Shown: piece by piece, positions 63,153-64,000 of the stretch
How the letters are laid out: each line of letters starts with the position of its first letter
Numbering within the stretch: position 1 is the first letter of the stretch
NCBI GenBank assembly: GCA_018713725.1
Contig: DVOJ01000015.1
Location: forward strand, 9,402 to 73,401
From: Candidatus Caccopulliclostridium gallistercoris
GTDB taxonomy: Bacteria; Bacillota; Clostridia; Christensenellales; UBA1242
Direction: 5' to 3'
Length of the DNA stretch: 64,000 bases
The notes under the pieces: generated by a model
Database searches by the model: none
Told to the model about the DNA's origin: nothing
Seen by the model: the letters and a program-made list of their open reading frames with translations, nothing else
Position numbers and translations under genes: made by a program

Positions 63153-64000
63153 TTTTCACCTTTTTTCCAAAATTTTTATTATTTTTATCAAAAATTAGCT
63201 GAAATATTAAATAAATTGGAATTATTAAAAATAAAATTATAGCTAAATATTTTCCATAGTCTTCTAACATTACGTGAATTTTTTGGCTGGCATAAAAGAA
63301 AAATAAAAACGTGATTACAGTTAAAATAATATAGGCAACAAAATTTTGCATTTTATTTGTGCACGTTACAAATTTAGAAAAACTTTCATTTATAGAATAA
63401 AGTAAAATGCCACCTTGATAGAAAATAGCAAACATAACAACGAGAAGAGCAATTAAATTTAATTTTTCTATGTTCCCAACTTGATTTGTAAAGGCAATTA
63501 TATCCGTAATTGCGCTGCCATGCATAAAAGACGTGTTTTTATATACCTGATAGAATACAAAATAAAATATTATAAGAAGAGTAAAGCCAAGCCACACGTA
63601 GTTCATGATAGTTTTACCAAAGCCGTTTTTTACCTTTATTTTATCTATTATCATTAGAAAGAAAGCAAAATCTCCAAACCAAAAGAAATAATTAAAAATA
63701 GTGCCAAAAGTAAGCCCAAAACTCACGTTTTCAAAAGTTGGAAAGGTAAAAATTTGCACGGAAGAAAAGCCTAACGCAAGGCAGCAAATTAAGCCAACAA
63801 ATATAAAAATATAGAAAAATTCTGCCGTTCTAGCAAGCCCGTTTAAACCTTTATAGGCAAGCGCACAAATAACGGGCAAAAATATTATGAAAAATCTTTC
63901 TATTCTAGCGTCTTCAAAAATGGCCTCTCTTAAATAGATAAAATTATCGTAAATTAAATGCACGAGCGCAATTAAAAAATATAAGAAAAATAAAAAATAA
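63121..64000 (-). CDS. Ger(x)B-like polytopic membrane protein (5' end outside window)
   Basis: The reading frame stays open to the window edge upstream of the tracked GTG. Multiple TM segments. Confidence 0.4.
   Translation of the reverse strand, partial: YFLFFLYFLIALVHLIYDNFIYLREAIFEDARIERFFIIFLPVICALAYKGLNGLARTAEFFYIFIFVGLICCLALGFSSVQIFTFPTFENVSFGLTFGTIFNYFFWFGDFAFFLMIIDKIKVKNGFGKTIMNYVWLGFTLLIIFYFVFYQVYKNTSFMHGSAITDIIAFTNQVGNIEKLNLIALLVVMFAIFYQGGILLYSINESFSKFVTCTNKMQNFVAYIILTVITFLFFFYASQKIHVMLEDYGKYLAIILFLIIPIYLIFQLIFDKNNKNFGKKVKNEKIYKKDPK

Overview
AT-rich Firmicutes-type DNA, with spore-germination-like genes at the right edge. (1) 1-32.2 kb is the right-hand part of an integrative conjugative element (ICE). 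It holds a minus-strand T4SS/relaxosome operon (VirB4, VirB6-like, lipoprotein, pilin-like protein, 1511-aa surface protein, VirD4-type coupling protein, HUH relaxase plus partner), element regulators (HTH, sigma-region-4-like, LexA-type S24 repressor), and a 15-kb cargo defence island bracketed by a perfect 37-bp direct repeat. The island is one 9-gene operon preceded by a WYL regulator: SNF2 helicase, PD-(D/E)XK protein, DUF4391-like protein, three unknown small proteins, Type III Mod, a GHKL ATPase-nuclease fusion, Type III Res. (2) 32.2-45.0 kb is a 12.8-kb integrative mobilizable element (IME). It is delimited by 45-nt direct repeats that are the 3' part (anticodon loop to CCA) of tRNA-Ile(GAU), with clusters of a 10-bp arm-type motif at both ends. 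It carries integrase plus excisionase, its own relaxase plus partner (paralogs of the ICE pair), a ~700-bp array of 13 covarying hairpins, a surface-protein operon behind a putative invertible promoter next to a second tyrosine recombinase, and an XRE/HEPN-like pair. (3) 45-64 kb is chromosomal flank: a transglutaminase-like protein, an orphan biosynthetic-looking operon with unusual domain fusions and an untracked 31-codon ORF upstream, a GT4 glycosyltransferase, a MerR regulator, MetRS, a YjbR-like gene and Ger(x)C/Ger(x)B-like genes. No rRNA, intact tRNA or CRISPR array was seen. The most noteworthy items are the hairpin array (38239-38942) with a solitary homolog in the ICE (13867-13891), the composite defence operon with its embedded unknown genes, and the inversion switch at 42534-42684. 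All calls rest on motifs read by eye; no database search was possible.
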